Source of the DNA: a virus
IMG/VR virus record: IMGVR_UViG_3300047170_000049
Location: 32,001 to 96,000 of that record
DNA: 64,000 nt
Direction: 5' to 3' (one strand)
Below the pieces are notes generated by a model. That model ran no database searches. It was not told where the DNA came from and saw only the letters and a list, made by a program, of their open reading frames with translations. Numbering within the stretch: the first letter of the stretch is position 1; each line of letters opens with the position of its first letter. The translations under genes were made by a program, and so were the position numbers. Below are positions 46,723-55,253 of the stretch, piece by piece.

Positions 46723-46992
46723 CTAGTGAAAAAGTAATCCATATAGTTCTTTTGTTTCAGTATCCCAATTACAACGCTCAAACCAACTTGGTGGAAATGG
46801 TGGTGTTTCACCGTAGTCAGTGTAGACCGACACATATCCACTAAACTTCACACTGCGAATCTGATATAAGCGATTCACAATTAGCCCTTCTTGTGCGTAA
46901 AGGGCACCGGAGGTATTGAACATCCAATCTCCAACAAATATTACCCATTCGCCAATCTTCAACGGGCTCAAATCATTCTTCGGCATACTCAT
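46723..46992 (-). CDS. SH3/KOW-like protein, LxxLLF family
   Basis: LKIGEWV; ends ETKELYGLLFH*. Confidence 0.6.
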   Translation of the reverse strand: MSMPKNDLSPLKIGEWVIFVGDWMFNTSGALYAQEGLIVNRLYQIRSVKFSGYVSVYTDYGETPPFPPSWFERCNWDTETKELYGLLFH

Positions 46993-47017
46993 AAATTACT
47001 TTAGTTATTTCTTTAAA

Positions 47018-47260
47018 TCAACTAAATAAAAGGCGTGCCAGTTCGAGTTCTTCCATCTTATTGAGATTAGGCAGCTTTTTCATAGGAGGGATATAATCGC
47101 CAAATTGAATTTTGATGCGCCGTTCGTCTTCTGTAAGGTAGACGCGGTTAACCCAGGCATCTCCTTTATCTAGGTGAAGGCGCGACAAGATAGTTCCTTG
47201 TGTGATTCTTTCACCAGTTTTTAAACTAATGTGTTCACCTAATACGAAGTAGGATTTCAT
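47018..47260 (-). CDS. small protein, LxxLLF family
   Basis: FVLGEHI; ends EELELARLLFS*. Confidence 0.6.
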   Translation of the reverse strand: MKSYFVLGEHISLKTGERITQGTILSRLHLDKGDAWVNRVYLTEDERRIKIQFGDYIPPMKKLPNLNKMEELELARLLFS

Positions 47261-47979
47261 CGGACGTAATCAATTACCGTAATTGGATTACCAGGGAAGT
47301 AGGTCTCATCGCAAATTGCCGCGTTATAGTAGCTAACTCCGTCCTTATGTACTTGAGTTCCACCAGGAGTATGGATATGGCCAAAGATGTGCAAATCAAG
47401 TTCTTTGAGTTGCTTGATTCTATCCATTAAATCCATGCAGCCTAAGTGCTCATCACGCAAGGTGCCATCAGCGTAACTCGTTTGGTCGAGAATACCGTAA
47501 GGAGGTCCATGAGTAATTAAGATATGAGTGTTATCTGGGATAGCTTTCCAATGTGGTACAATAGGCTCTGCAGGCTTCATTTTGCCGTAGCCACAATTTT
47601 CCATACGACGCAAATGACCGCGAGCACGATTCCAAGCCCAGTTAAAGAAGAAAGGTTGAACGGGTGAACCGTAAAAATTAATACCTTCGATTGTTACAGC
47701 TTGGTCTATAAGAAGATGGGCTCTAGGGCATATGTCCGTAAACCACTTAAGACTATCGGGCATGAATTTTTCAAAAGTCTTTTCGTGATTACCTGGAATA
47801 AGAACTATGTGACGAGCTTGGGTTTGTGCGTTCATCCATGTAGCGAACGCTTCAACTTCGTGCTTGTCACCGTGACCAGACCAATCCCCAGCATGGATTA
47901 AAAAATCACACTCGGGAATTACAATTTTATTATGTCGATTATGTGTGTCGCTAATTGCTACGATTTTAAATTGACTCAT
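47257..47979 (-). CDS. metallophosphoesterase (MPPED-like)
   Basis: SDTH, HAGD, PGNHE, THGPP, FGHIH. Confidence 0.9.
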   Translation of the reverse strand: MSQFKIVAISDTHNRHNKIVIPECDFLIHAGDWSGHGDKHEVEAFATWMNAQTQARHIVLIPGNHEKTFEKFMPDSLKWFTDICPRAHLLIDQAVTIEGINFYGSPVQPFFFNWAWNRARGHLRRMENCGYGKMKPAEPIVPHWKAIPDNTHILITHGPPYGILDQTSYADGTLRDEHLGCMDLMDRIKQLKELDLHIFGHIHTPGGTQVHKDGVSYYNAAICDETYFPGNPITVIDYVR

Positions 47980-48202
47980 CTTTTCGCTCCAACCAAGTAA
48001 GAAGACCTGCTATAATCATGTTAGGGCCAGTGCTCAAAGCGCCTACGATTAATTCATAAAGAATAAATCCACCAAGCATCTGGTGCCAATTTTGAGGTTG
48101 TGGAGGCTGCATCATCATTACCGCTCCGAGGGGGAATGAGCCTACGATAGTTAAAAAGTAACAAATGCTAAACCATCGGGACCATCGCTTAATATGCTTC
48201 AT
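47966..48202 (-). CDS. small membrane protein
   Basis: Two hydrophobic helices. Confidence 0.55.
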   Translation of the reverse strand: MKHIKRWSRWFSICYFLTIVGSFPLGAVMMMQPPQPQNWHQMLGGFILYELIVGALSTGPNMIIAGLLTWLERKDESI

Positions 48203-49053
48203 ACTGACACCTTGCCTTTGATTGGTGGGTGATGTTGATAACCGTCTAGGAAAATGTCTGTGATTTTAAAGTCATCAATGTTGGTAATTAATTTATTAAG
48301 CCTGAGCGTTGGGAGTTCTTTTGGAAGACGGGTCATTTGCTCTTTGATTTGGTCAATGTGATTATTGTAAATATGAACGTCGCCAAAGGTGTGTACGAGT
48401 TCGCCCACTTCTAATCCTACAACTTGAGCAATCATGTGGGTGAGTAGTGCGTAAGAGGCGATGTTGAATGGAACACCTAAGAACGTATCGGCACTGCGCT
48501 GATACATCTGACAAGAAAGCTTACCGTTGGCCACATAGAATTGAAAGAATGCGTGACATGATGGTAGGGCTTGGTCTTTAACTTGGTTTGGATTCCAGGC
48601 CGTAACAATCATGCGGCGTGAATCTGGGTTTGTCTTAAGTTGCTCAATAACGTCTTTAATTTGGTCCGTGCCACGGCTACTAGGCCATGCAAAGTTATTT
48701 TTAATGCCATGATAGTCACCATCAAAGTGACGCCATTGGAAGCCATATACGGGGCCTAGGTCACCTTTTTCGTCGGCCCACTCATCCCAAATATGAACGT
48801 TATTATCTACAAGGTATTGGATGTTGGTATCGCCTTTAAGCATCCATAGAAGCTCATGGGCTACGCCGTGAAACCAAACCTTCTTTGTGGTAAGTATTGG
48901 GAATCCTTTAGCTAAATCAAAACGCATTTGATGCCCGAAAAGGCTTATCGTACCAGTTCCAGTACGGTCGTTCTTTTTATTACCTTCGCGTAAAATCTTA
49001 TCACAAAGCTCTAAGTATTGAACATCAACGTGGTTTGCTGGAAAAATCTCCAT
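48199..49053 (-). CDS. thyA: thymidylate synthase
   Basis: [44 protein letters not shown]. Confidence 0.97.
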   Translation of the reverse strand: MEIFPANHVDVQYLELCDKILREGNKKNDRTGTGTISLFGHQMRFDLAKGFPILTTKKVWFHGVAHELLWMLKGDTNIQYLVDNNVHIWDEWADEKGDLGPVYGFQWRHFDGDYHGIKNNFAWPSSRGTDQIKDVIEQLKTNPDSRRMIVTAWNPNQVKDQALPSCHAFFQFYVANGKLSCQMYQRSADTFLGVPFNIASYALLTHMIAQVVGLEVGELVHTFGDVHIYNNHIDQIKEQMTRLPKELPTLRLNKLITNIDDFKITDIFLDGYQHHPPIKGKVSV

Positions 49054-49142
49054 AATCTCTTACCTCTTAAACTTTAATACCACATTATTTCCAAAAGTAT
49101 GGTATATTTTTATTAAGGCACCAGGTTATATCGAAAGCTGAG

Positions 49143-49391
49143 GTGTCTATGATGACTGAAGTAGGGCCTGTACTGAAAAAAGGCGATTTGATTTTTAACA
49201 AACGCTCAGGCGAATTAATGCGCATGGTGGGTAGTGACAAAGACTTATATTGCCATTTTAGAATTGGCTTGGAAAACAACCAGCCTATGTTTGTATTATC
49301 AATATTAGACGTACTTAATGGCATTAACAAAGGGGAGTTATTCCCAGTGGACGAACAAGAAAAAGAACTTTACCAAACTCTGTTCAAATGA
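49143..49391 (+). CDS. SH3/KOW-like protein, LxxLLF family
   Basis: LKKGDLI; ends EKELYQTLFK*. Confidence 0.6.
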   Translation: MSMMTEVGPVLKKGDLIFNKRSGELMRMVGSDKDLYCHFRIGLENNQPMFVLSILDVLNGINKGELFPVDEQEKELYQTLFK

Positions 49392-49615
49392 TTAAAATTG
49401 GGACATATCTATACCAAAAGAATTCTGGTCGCGGGACTGTCTATGAAGTCATATGGATTAATACGAAAAATAATTCTATTTTTTTAAGAAGCTTAAATGA
49501 TAAAAGTAAGGGTCAACTCATTTTAAGCACGGTCAAAGAGGCGGTGAATGATGGCATGATGGGTGTCGTTAGTCACAAATCGAGAAGACTTGCGCAACTT
49601 CTTTACGGCAAATAA
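49388..49615 (+). CDS. SH3/KOW-like protein, LxxLLY family
   Basis: IKIGTYL; ends RRLAQLLYGK*. Confidence 0.6.
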   Translation: MIKIGTYLYQKNSGRGTVYEVIWINTKNNSIFLRSLNDKSKGQLILSTVKEAVNDGMMGVVSHKSRRLAQLLYGK

Positions 49616-49644
49616 AAACCCCTGATATTTCTACCAGGGGTTTT
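49615..49644. terminator. bidirectional intrinsic terminator
   Basis: AAAACCCCTG-N10-CAGGGGTTTT between convergent genes. Confidence 0.75.
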
Positions 49645-49668
49645 CGGAAACTATCTTAACTACTTAGA

Positions 49669-49983
49669 TTAGAACTGAATGGGTGCTTGTGGAAGGAGAG
49701 GTCGTAATTGAATATACAAATCTCCGACTACGGCTGCAGAAGGTTTAGTTCCTGCAGTTACACACTTTTCAAAGCTTGCATTCCCAGCGGTAGCTGGAAT
49801 GTGAACAAGAAGGTCGTTCACTTGTAAGCTTGAGAAGTCATGAGTGGCACTTACGTTCGTCGCAACAATCATTCCAACAAATTGTGAAGAACTATTAATA
49901 GCGTTTACAACTTCTTGGCCATCTTGTACGCGGTGAGCGATTCCAGTGGCTAATGCTTTCGCGGCTTCTTTTGATAAACTCAT
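49669..49983 (-). CDS. putative capsid decoration protein
   Basis: Directly after major capsid gene; RBS GGAGG. Confidence 0.5.
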   Translation of the reverse strand: MSLSKEAAKALATGIAHRVQDGQEVVNAINSSSQFVGMIVATNVSATHDFSSLQVNDLLVHIPATAGNASFEKCVTAGTKPSAAVVGDLYIQLRPLLPQAPIQF

Positions 49984-49995
49984 CGTCGCCTCCGA

Positions 49996-51378
49996 TTAAC
50001 TGTTACGGAGGTTGTCGATAAGGATATTGAAGCGAGGAAGTTTAACAACTGTAGCGCAGAATCTAAAGCTAACTTTAGGAATGCTGAGGTCAGTCATAGC
50101 AAGTTGCATTGACTTGTAAGGGCTGAGTTCAGCAATTTCAAGACCGCGCATATCTAACATAAACCCAGTAACGAAACCAGGGGTTTTGTTATTGAGGTCG
50201 ATGAAAGCAGTGGTAGCTCCACCAGAGTTAACTACTCGACCAATCCAACGTAAGCTGCTTCCACCTGCATCTGAACGATACATATTGAAGTGCTTGGCGA
50301 AAACGCCTGAAGCTGGGGTGATGGTAGCAGTTACGCTATTGCCAGAAGCACCAATTGTGATGGGGCTAATAGCAGTTGCAGGGGATTCACCAATTTCGTT
50401 AACTGCAGTACAAAAGTATTGATAAACTTCGTTTGCGTTGAAAGAGGTTGTTCCTGCAGCTTGTGCAAGAGCGATGGTAGGGCTGTTAGGAGCACCGATA
50501 CGGGGACGGGCTACTGCAGTTTTACCAGAGAGGAAACGGCTTGATTCGATGCTAACAACTGAATCAGCTACTGCTTGCTCTTTCAAGCTTGCACCAGTTG
50601 ATTGTTGAGGGCTTCCTGCGAGAACGATACGTTCTTTGGGGAAAGCAATCTTGTTATAAGCGCCGTGTGTCAAGGGGTCAATGTACAATTTCTCAGGAGA
50701 ACCGTGGTTCATAGCAGCTTGTGCATATGAATCTTCGATGATTCCTTGAGAAAGGATACCGTTCTGGTTGAATACGATTGATTTGTTTGAACCGTACTCA
50801 TTGAACATTAAGTCTTGTGTTGAAGACAAATAATCTGATTGACGAATTTGGGGGTCAAGACCTTGCATTCCAGGGGTTGTTGACATTGCGAGGGGGTTAC
50901 CGTCGAAAACGCCAGCATTGCTGAAAGCTTCTTTACCACGGAATACTTCAAATTCGATGTCGCCAGCGATTTTCAATGCACTGTCTGCTTCAGCGCGGTC
51001 TTCGGATTTAACTCCGTCGAAAGCTTGAATCATTGTGGATTGAACAGTCACTCTACGAACTTCAGCGTAGTATGCCATGGGCACCACTGAACGAACATAG
51101 CTTGAGGTTTGTTCTTGTCCGACAGAGCCTTCAAGCACTGCAGAACCACCGAACACACCGTAATCAAGTTGACGGTTGAATTGTACTAAGGTCCCCTTAG
51201 CTGGGTTCACCTTAAGAAGCTTTTGCAACTTAATGTGTTTATCTTCGTAGGTAGCAACGTTCATTACAGGAGAAAGGTCTTCCATCTGTAATGCGCTACC
51301 TTGGTTTAGAGCACTGGGGGATACGTTATATCCACCTGCTTCTAAAGCTTTTTTAAGGGCTTCTAATTGTTCAATCAC
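49996..51378 (-). CDS. major capsid protein
   Basis: LKKA|LEAG...GSALQMEDL N-terminus and Ig-like insertion (YFCTAVNEIGES), as in SPO1/K-like MCPs; order portal-protease-scaffold-MCP. Confidence 0.9.
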   Translation of the reverse strand: MIEQLEALKKALEAGGYNVSPSALNQGSALQMEDLSPVMNVATYEDKHIKLQKLLKVNPAKGTLVQFNRQLDYGVFGGSAVLEGSVGQEQTSSYVRSVVPMAYYAEVRRVTVQSTMIQAFDGVKSEDRAEADSALKIAGDIEFEVFRGKEAFSNAGVFDGNPLAMSTTPGMQGLDPQIRQSDYLSSTQDLMFNEYGSNKSIVFNQNGILSQGIIEDSYAQAAMNHGSPEKLYIDPLTHGAYNKIAFPKERIVLAGSPQQSTGASLKEQAVADSVVSIESSRFLSGKTAVARPRIGAPNSPTIALAQAAGTTSFNANEVYQYFCTAVNEIGESPATAISPITIGASGNSVTATITPASGVFAKHFNMYRSDAGGSSLRWIGRVVNSGGATTAFIDLNNKTPGFVTGFMLDMRGLEIAELSPYKSMQLAMTDLSIPKVSFRFCATVVKLPRFNILIDNLRNS

Positions 51379-51380
51379 GG

Positions 51381-52226
51381 TTATGACTCCTTCTCAATAA
51401 GTTTTAAGATAGTTTCTTTACCCTTTTTATGAAGGTAAAAATCTACGATACTGTCTCGTTCGTTCTTAGTTAATGTGGGCTTACGGCTAATGGAAGTTAA
51501 CTTAGCGTGAATTTCCTTATCCGTTAGAGGCTTCTTGTCTTCAGATTTTTGAAGACTGCCTTCGCCTGGTTTAGCAACATGATTAATGTCAGTCACAGCT
51601 TTGCGAACTGGCTTGTTAATCATCTTCTCGAAAAGCTCTGTAACTTTTTCGAGACCAGCTTGAAGCTTCTTGGTTTCAGTCTCAGACTTAGCAAGCTTCT
51701 GTTCTAATTCTTCAACCTTAGCGTTATCCTTTTCAGACATTTGCAAAGGTGCAGATGCTGAGGGGGATGGTGCAGGGGCTGCAGGACTAGCTGAACCCAT
51801 ATCTGCAGGAGCGGCTTCTGGAGATGGAGATGAGCGTTTAGCCATTTCCATTTTGCATTTTTCCATAAGGTCCTGGAGTTTTTCGGGGTCAAGGTCAGCT
51901 AAGAGTTCTTCTAAGCTGCCAAAGTCTTGGTCTTGTTGACTGTCACTTGCTTCAGGTGAAGCAGGTGGAGTTGCGCTTGAATCAGAAGCTTCAGGAGAAG
52001 GTGCAGGGGCAGAAGCACTTGCATCGTCTTTCTTCATTGACTCTTCTTTTTCTTTTGAAGATTCTTCTTTGGATTTTTCTTTGGAAGATTCTTCTTTCTT
52101 AGCGAGTTCGGCAGCTTCAGCTTTTTTAAGCTCTTCTGCCTTATCCGTTTCTTTCTTGATTAACACGTCAAGTTCGCCAATGGCTTCCTTAACGAGTTTC
52201 TCAAGGTCAATTTTTGGTGTATCCAT
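51381..52226 (-). CDS. capsid scaffolding-like protein
   Basis: E/K/S-rich coiled coil with many LxK[S/A/K]E sites, upstream of MCP. Confidence 0.7.
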   Translation of the reverse strand: MDTPKIDLEKLVKEAIGELDVLIKKETDKAEELKKAEAAELAKKEESSKEKSKEESSKEKEESMKKDDASASAPAPSPEASDSSATPPASPEASDSQQDQDFGSLEELLADLDPEKLQDLMEKCKMEMAKRSSPSPEAAPADMGSASPAAPAPSPSASAPLQMSEKDNAKVEELEQKLAKSETETKKLQAGLEKVTELFEKMINKPVRKAVTDINHVAKPGEGSLQKSEDKKPLTDKEIHAKLTSISRKPTLTKNERDSIVDFYLHKKGKETILKLIEKES

Positions 52227-52271
52227 TTTCTCTTCCTCTTATTAGTTAAAGTAAAACTAACTGCTTCCCTA

Positions 52272-52727
52272 TTATTGACCAGAACCTGGCCATTTGTAGT
52301 CGCCGACTTTGGCAACAAGGTTAGCGGGGAGGATTTCAGCGGTTGATGGAACTGAACCATTCGCGCCGAGATAACGTTCTTGATACACGCCTAATTGAGC
52401 AAGGTCCCAGTCGATTAAAGATTTAACTGAGCTAGCAACAATGGAATGTCCAGAGTCAGTGTCAGATTCTTCAACGATTTGGAGTTTGCTTGGGCTGTAG
52501 ACTTGTTGAGGGCTGCCGATACTGTCCAAAAATGGAGTGTCGAAAGGAACAATGCGAATTAGCATGTTGTTCTGACCTGCAGTAGGGGTGGCACTTTGTG
52601 ACACAGACAAGATAGCACCAGAAGCATCAGTCGATTGACTGAATGTATAGCTGGGAAGACGTAATGAAAGTCTTTCTTGGAGGTCACGAGCGAGGGCTTG
52701 TTGTTTTGCAATTTGTAAAAGGGACAT
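52272..52727 (-). CDS. putative head structural protein
   Basis: First gene after late promoter in capsid operon; RBS AGGAG. Confidence 0.6.
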   Translation of the reverse strand: MSLLQIAKQQALARDLQERLSLRLPSYTFSQSTDASGAILSVSQSATPTAGQNNMLIRIVPFDTPFLDSIGSPQQVYSPSKLQIVEESDTDSGHSIVASSVKSLIDWDLAQLGVYQERYLGANGSVPSTAEILPANLVAKVGDYKWPGSGQ

Positions 52728-52777
52728 CTTTTATTCTCCTTATTTAAAAATAACTAGTTACTAGAGATATTACCTTT

Positions 52778-52808
52778 ATTAAGATATTTCCCTAAGTTCT
52801 TAAAATGA
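52778..52808 (-). promoter_or_regulatory. late promoter motif copy 10 (variant)
   Basis: ATTAAGATAT-TTCCC-TAA-GTTCT-TAAAAT. Confidence 0.6.
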
Positions 52809-53768
52809 TTAATGTTTTTTAGAATTATTCAATTTCGCGTAAATTTCCATAGCTTCTGCCTCGTTAGCGGCATAGAGCTTGTTGGCTAGCACAGCTTCCA
52901 CTTTTTCTAAGTTCTCCTCAGATAGGGTAGGAAGATGTTTTCGCATTTCAGTACGGGTTAGCTTCTTTTTCTTGAAAATTTTCACTAACTTAGCTAACTC
53001 AGTATCGAGTCCTTCCTTTTGCAAGGCAGGCCCACTTGAGAGGGCTGAGGGAGTGGCACCCATTCCACCAGCGGAGATTGCCTTTTTAAGTCCGCTGAGG
53101 GCATTGGATAGCTGTGCATATTGGTCAGGTCGTACTGAGTCCTGAATTATATACACTTCATTGTAAGCCGATTTGTGCAAGGATTCGTGGCCACCATTGG
53201 CAGTCGAGTAATCCATAGACTTGCGGACTCCTTGGTGGGATTCCTGCACAAATTCAACTTTGGCGGCTCTATTACAAGGCTTGTGCGTTAGCGCAAGTCT
53301 ACGAATAGCCGTTTCTTTTAAAAGATTTCCTTCACGTTTAACTGTAGAACCTTCAACGCTAAAGCCAAGTTGTTGTTCAACCCCAGCCGATTCAAAGTTG
53401 CGTATAATAGATGCGGCAGCTTTGGCGTTTGGATGATTCTCGTCATCAAAGATTTCTACTTGGCCCCAAATGAGTGGGACCTTGAGTTTCTTAAATGCTT
53501 GTAATTCTTGCTTATTTGAGCAATCTTTTTCGCTAAAGATTTTCTTAGCGTTCATGACCCTACCGACGATAGACTGAAAGCCTTCAAAGCCTTTGTTTTT
53601 CTCATCTTTTAGGTCTTCTGGGTTGATATGCTCCGTATTAACTAGAGCCTTTCCTGAACGTAGCTCTTCTATGTCAGCACCCTTAACATCTAGGACTTCG
53701 CCTGAAGTATCGGGGGTTTGCGCTGAAAAGACACCAGCCAGTATTAGATTTTTCTTAAGGTCACTCAT
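52809..53768 (-). CDS. prohead maturation protease
   Basis: DTSGE, NTEH, GFSVEG, ALTHKPCN motifs of HK97/U35-like proteases. Confidence 0.85.
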   Translation of the reverse strand: MSDLKKNLILAGVFSAQTPDTSGEVLDVKGADIEELRSGKALVNTEHINPEDLKDEKNKGFEGFQSIVGRVMNAKKIFSEKDCSNKQELQAFKKLKVPLIWGQVEIFDDENHPNAKAAASIIRNFESAGVEQQLGFSVEGSTVKREGNLLKETAIRRLALTHKPCNRAAKVEFVQESHQGVRKSMDYSTANGGHESLHKSAYNEVYIIQDSVRPDQYAQLSNALSGLKKAISAGGMGATPSALSSGPALQKEGLDTELAKLVKIFKKKKLTRTEMRKHLPTLSEENLEKVEAVLANKLYAANEAEAMEIYAKLNNSKKH

Positions 53769-53777
53769 ACTAACAAA

Positions 53778-53808
53778 ATTAAGATTTTAAGCTAAATACT
53801 TGATTTAA
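53778..53808 (-). promoter_or_regulatory. late promoter motif copy 11
   Basis: ATTAAGATTT-TAAGC-TAA-ATACT-TGATTT. Confidence 0.75.
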
Positions 53809-53834
53809 TTAAAGTTAAATGCCTTAAATTCTTA

Positions 53835-53862
53835 TTGACACTAATACGGGATGTGGTAATAT
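53835..53862 (+). promoter_or_regulatory. sigma70-type promoter
   Basis: TTGACA-16-TAATAT with extended -10 TG. Confidence 0.55.
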
Positions 53863-53895
53863 TAATGAATAGCGACTTAAACAAAGGGGATTAAA

Positions 53896-54153
53896 GTGTA
53901 TCTTACAAGAATTTTAGACTTAGGTGTTTGGAAGACCGTAGCGACCGTTATCAACCCAATTGGTCAATTTCGTAGCGCCTTAACCTTAGAACAAAAGCGC
54001 CGCGTGGTATCCATTGGCAAGAATATTGATATTGATAAGAAAATTGAAGCCGCTCAATTATGGGCTATCGCCCGTGAATCAACTGACCAAGAACTGCGTA
54101 AAATGCAAGCCGCAATCAAAGTAGTAGTAGAGCATAAAAACAAGGATTTATAA
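53896..54153 (+). CDS. hypothetical protein
   Basis: RBS AGGGG after sigma70 promoter. Confidence 0.55.
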   Translation: MYLTRILDLGVWKTVATVINPIGQFRSALTLEQKRRVVSIGKNIDIDKKIEAAQLWAIARESTDQELRKMQAAIKVVVEHKNKDL

Positions 54154-54440
54154 TGGGTTCTTCTAAATTAGGCATGGCTAGATTTTGGCCTTCCGTAAAA
54201 AATGAAGAACCTAAAGCACCTCAAGTTGTCATACCTAAAATAATTCACATAACGGATTATGAATATTACGACTCACATGAGGTAATTCTAGCGGTTACAT
54301 TTAAGGACCAAACGATACACCATTGCGAACCGCAACAACAGCATAAGTGTCACGAATTGATGGCACAATGGGCAAAGTCAATTATAGGTCCTAGTGAATC
54401 TGAAGAGATGAAATTGCACGACTTACTTTTTTGTAAGTGA
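54153..54440 (+). CDS. small protein, LxxLLF family
   Basis: Ends EEMKLHDLLFCK*. Confidence 0.6.
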   Translation: MGSSKLGMARFWPSVKNEEPKAPQVVIPKIIHITDYEYYDSHEVILAVTFKDQTIHHCEPQQQHKCHELMAQWAKSIIGPSESEEMKLHDLLFCK

Positions 54441-55253
54441 CTTTTCTTGTTTCTTTTGATGGTCGTATTCATTGTGGTCTTGACCCACATATTCTAAGCG
54501 ACCTGCTTTATTGAATCCAAACCCAGGACCGACGAACACTAGGACGTGACGGCAGTTAGGATGAGTCGTGGATATACTTGCTTTACGGTCTTTCCAATCA
54601 CCTGAATCACTAGCGAGTTCAGACATTTTATAGACCTTTGGGGTAACCATATCAGGTTGAACCCATAAACGAATACAGTCTTTACAAATCTTATCATCGT
54701 TAACGCCAATTTTGCAAACCAATGGGTCTTCAATACCAAGCTGTTCAGAGCTTTTAAGAATGGCATCGGCCACACCATGGTTTTGAGCATTGTGAAGTTC
54801 GACGTTGGCAATAAGCTCCACACCCTTATCGAGCTTCTTACGTTGCTCTTCTAAAGACTCACGAATTTTGGAGAAGATTTCTTTGCCTTCATCTGTACGA
54901 AGAAAATCGCCAATCTTCTCACTCTTAAGTTTATTTTTGTTTTTAACCGTAGCTAGACCTTCTTCGATGGTTCGCATCATATCGGCAGTGGTCTTTTGCT
55001 TTAGGGAGTCGATGTAGTCTGAGGCGGTATTTTGCAAGCGTTCCATGTTCACTTTATCGCTGGAATCTTGCATACCGTTTAATAGGTTGGCGTGTAAGTA
55101 AGCCTGGAGCAATGACTTTTTAGGGTCGTAGTTCTTTAAGGCAAAGGAATAGTAATTCTTTAAGGCGCTAGGGCCTAAGAACGTACCTTTGAGGTTATCA
55201 AAGGACCTTGAGATGATTGATTGAATTACTTCGCGTGCTTTTTTGCTTAACAT
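54423..55253 (-). CDS. MuF/gp7-like minor head protein
   Basis: CKDC...HPNCRH motif; directly after portal. Confidence 0.75.
   Translation of the reverse strand: MLSKKAREVIQSIISRSFDNLKGTFLGPSALKNYYSFALKNYDPKKSLLQAYLHANLLNGMQDSSDKVNMERLQNTASDYIDSLKQKTTADMMRTIEEGLATVKNKNKLKSEKIGDFLRTDEGKEIFSKIRESLEEQRKKLDKGVELIANVELHNAQNHGVADAILKSSEQLGIEDPLVCKIGVNDDKICKDCIRLWVQPDMVTPKVYKMSELASDSGDWKDRKASISTTHPNCRHVLVFVGPGFGFNKAGRLEYVGQDHNEYDHQKKQEKSLTKK

Noticed and set aside
6026-54440. Calling the LxxLLF tails beta-clamp-binding motifs
   Set aside because: The clamp motif QL[S/D]LF needs a conserved Gln and an extended conformation; these tails look helical and mostly lack Gln, so it is kept only as a hypothesis
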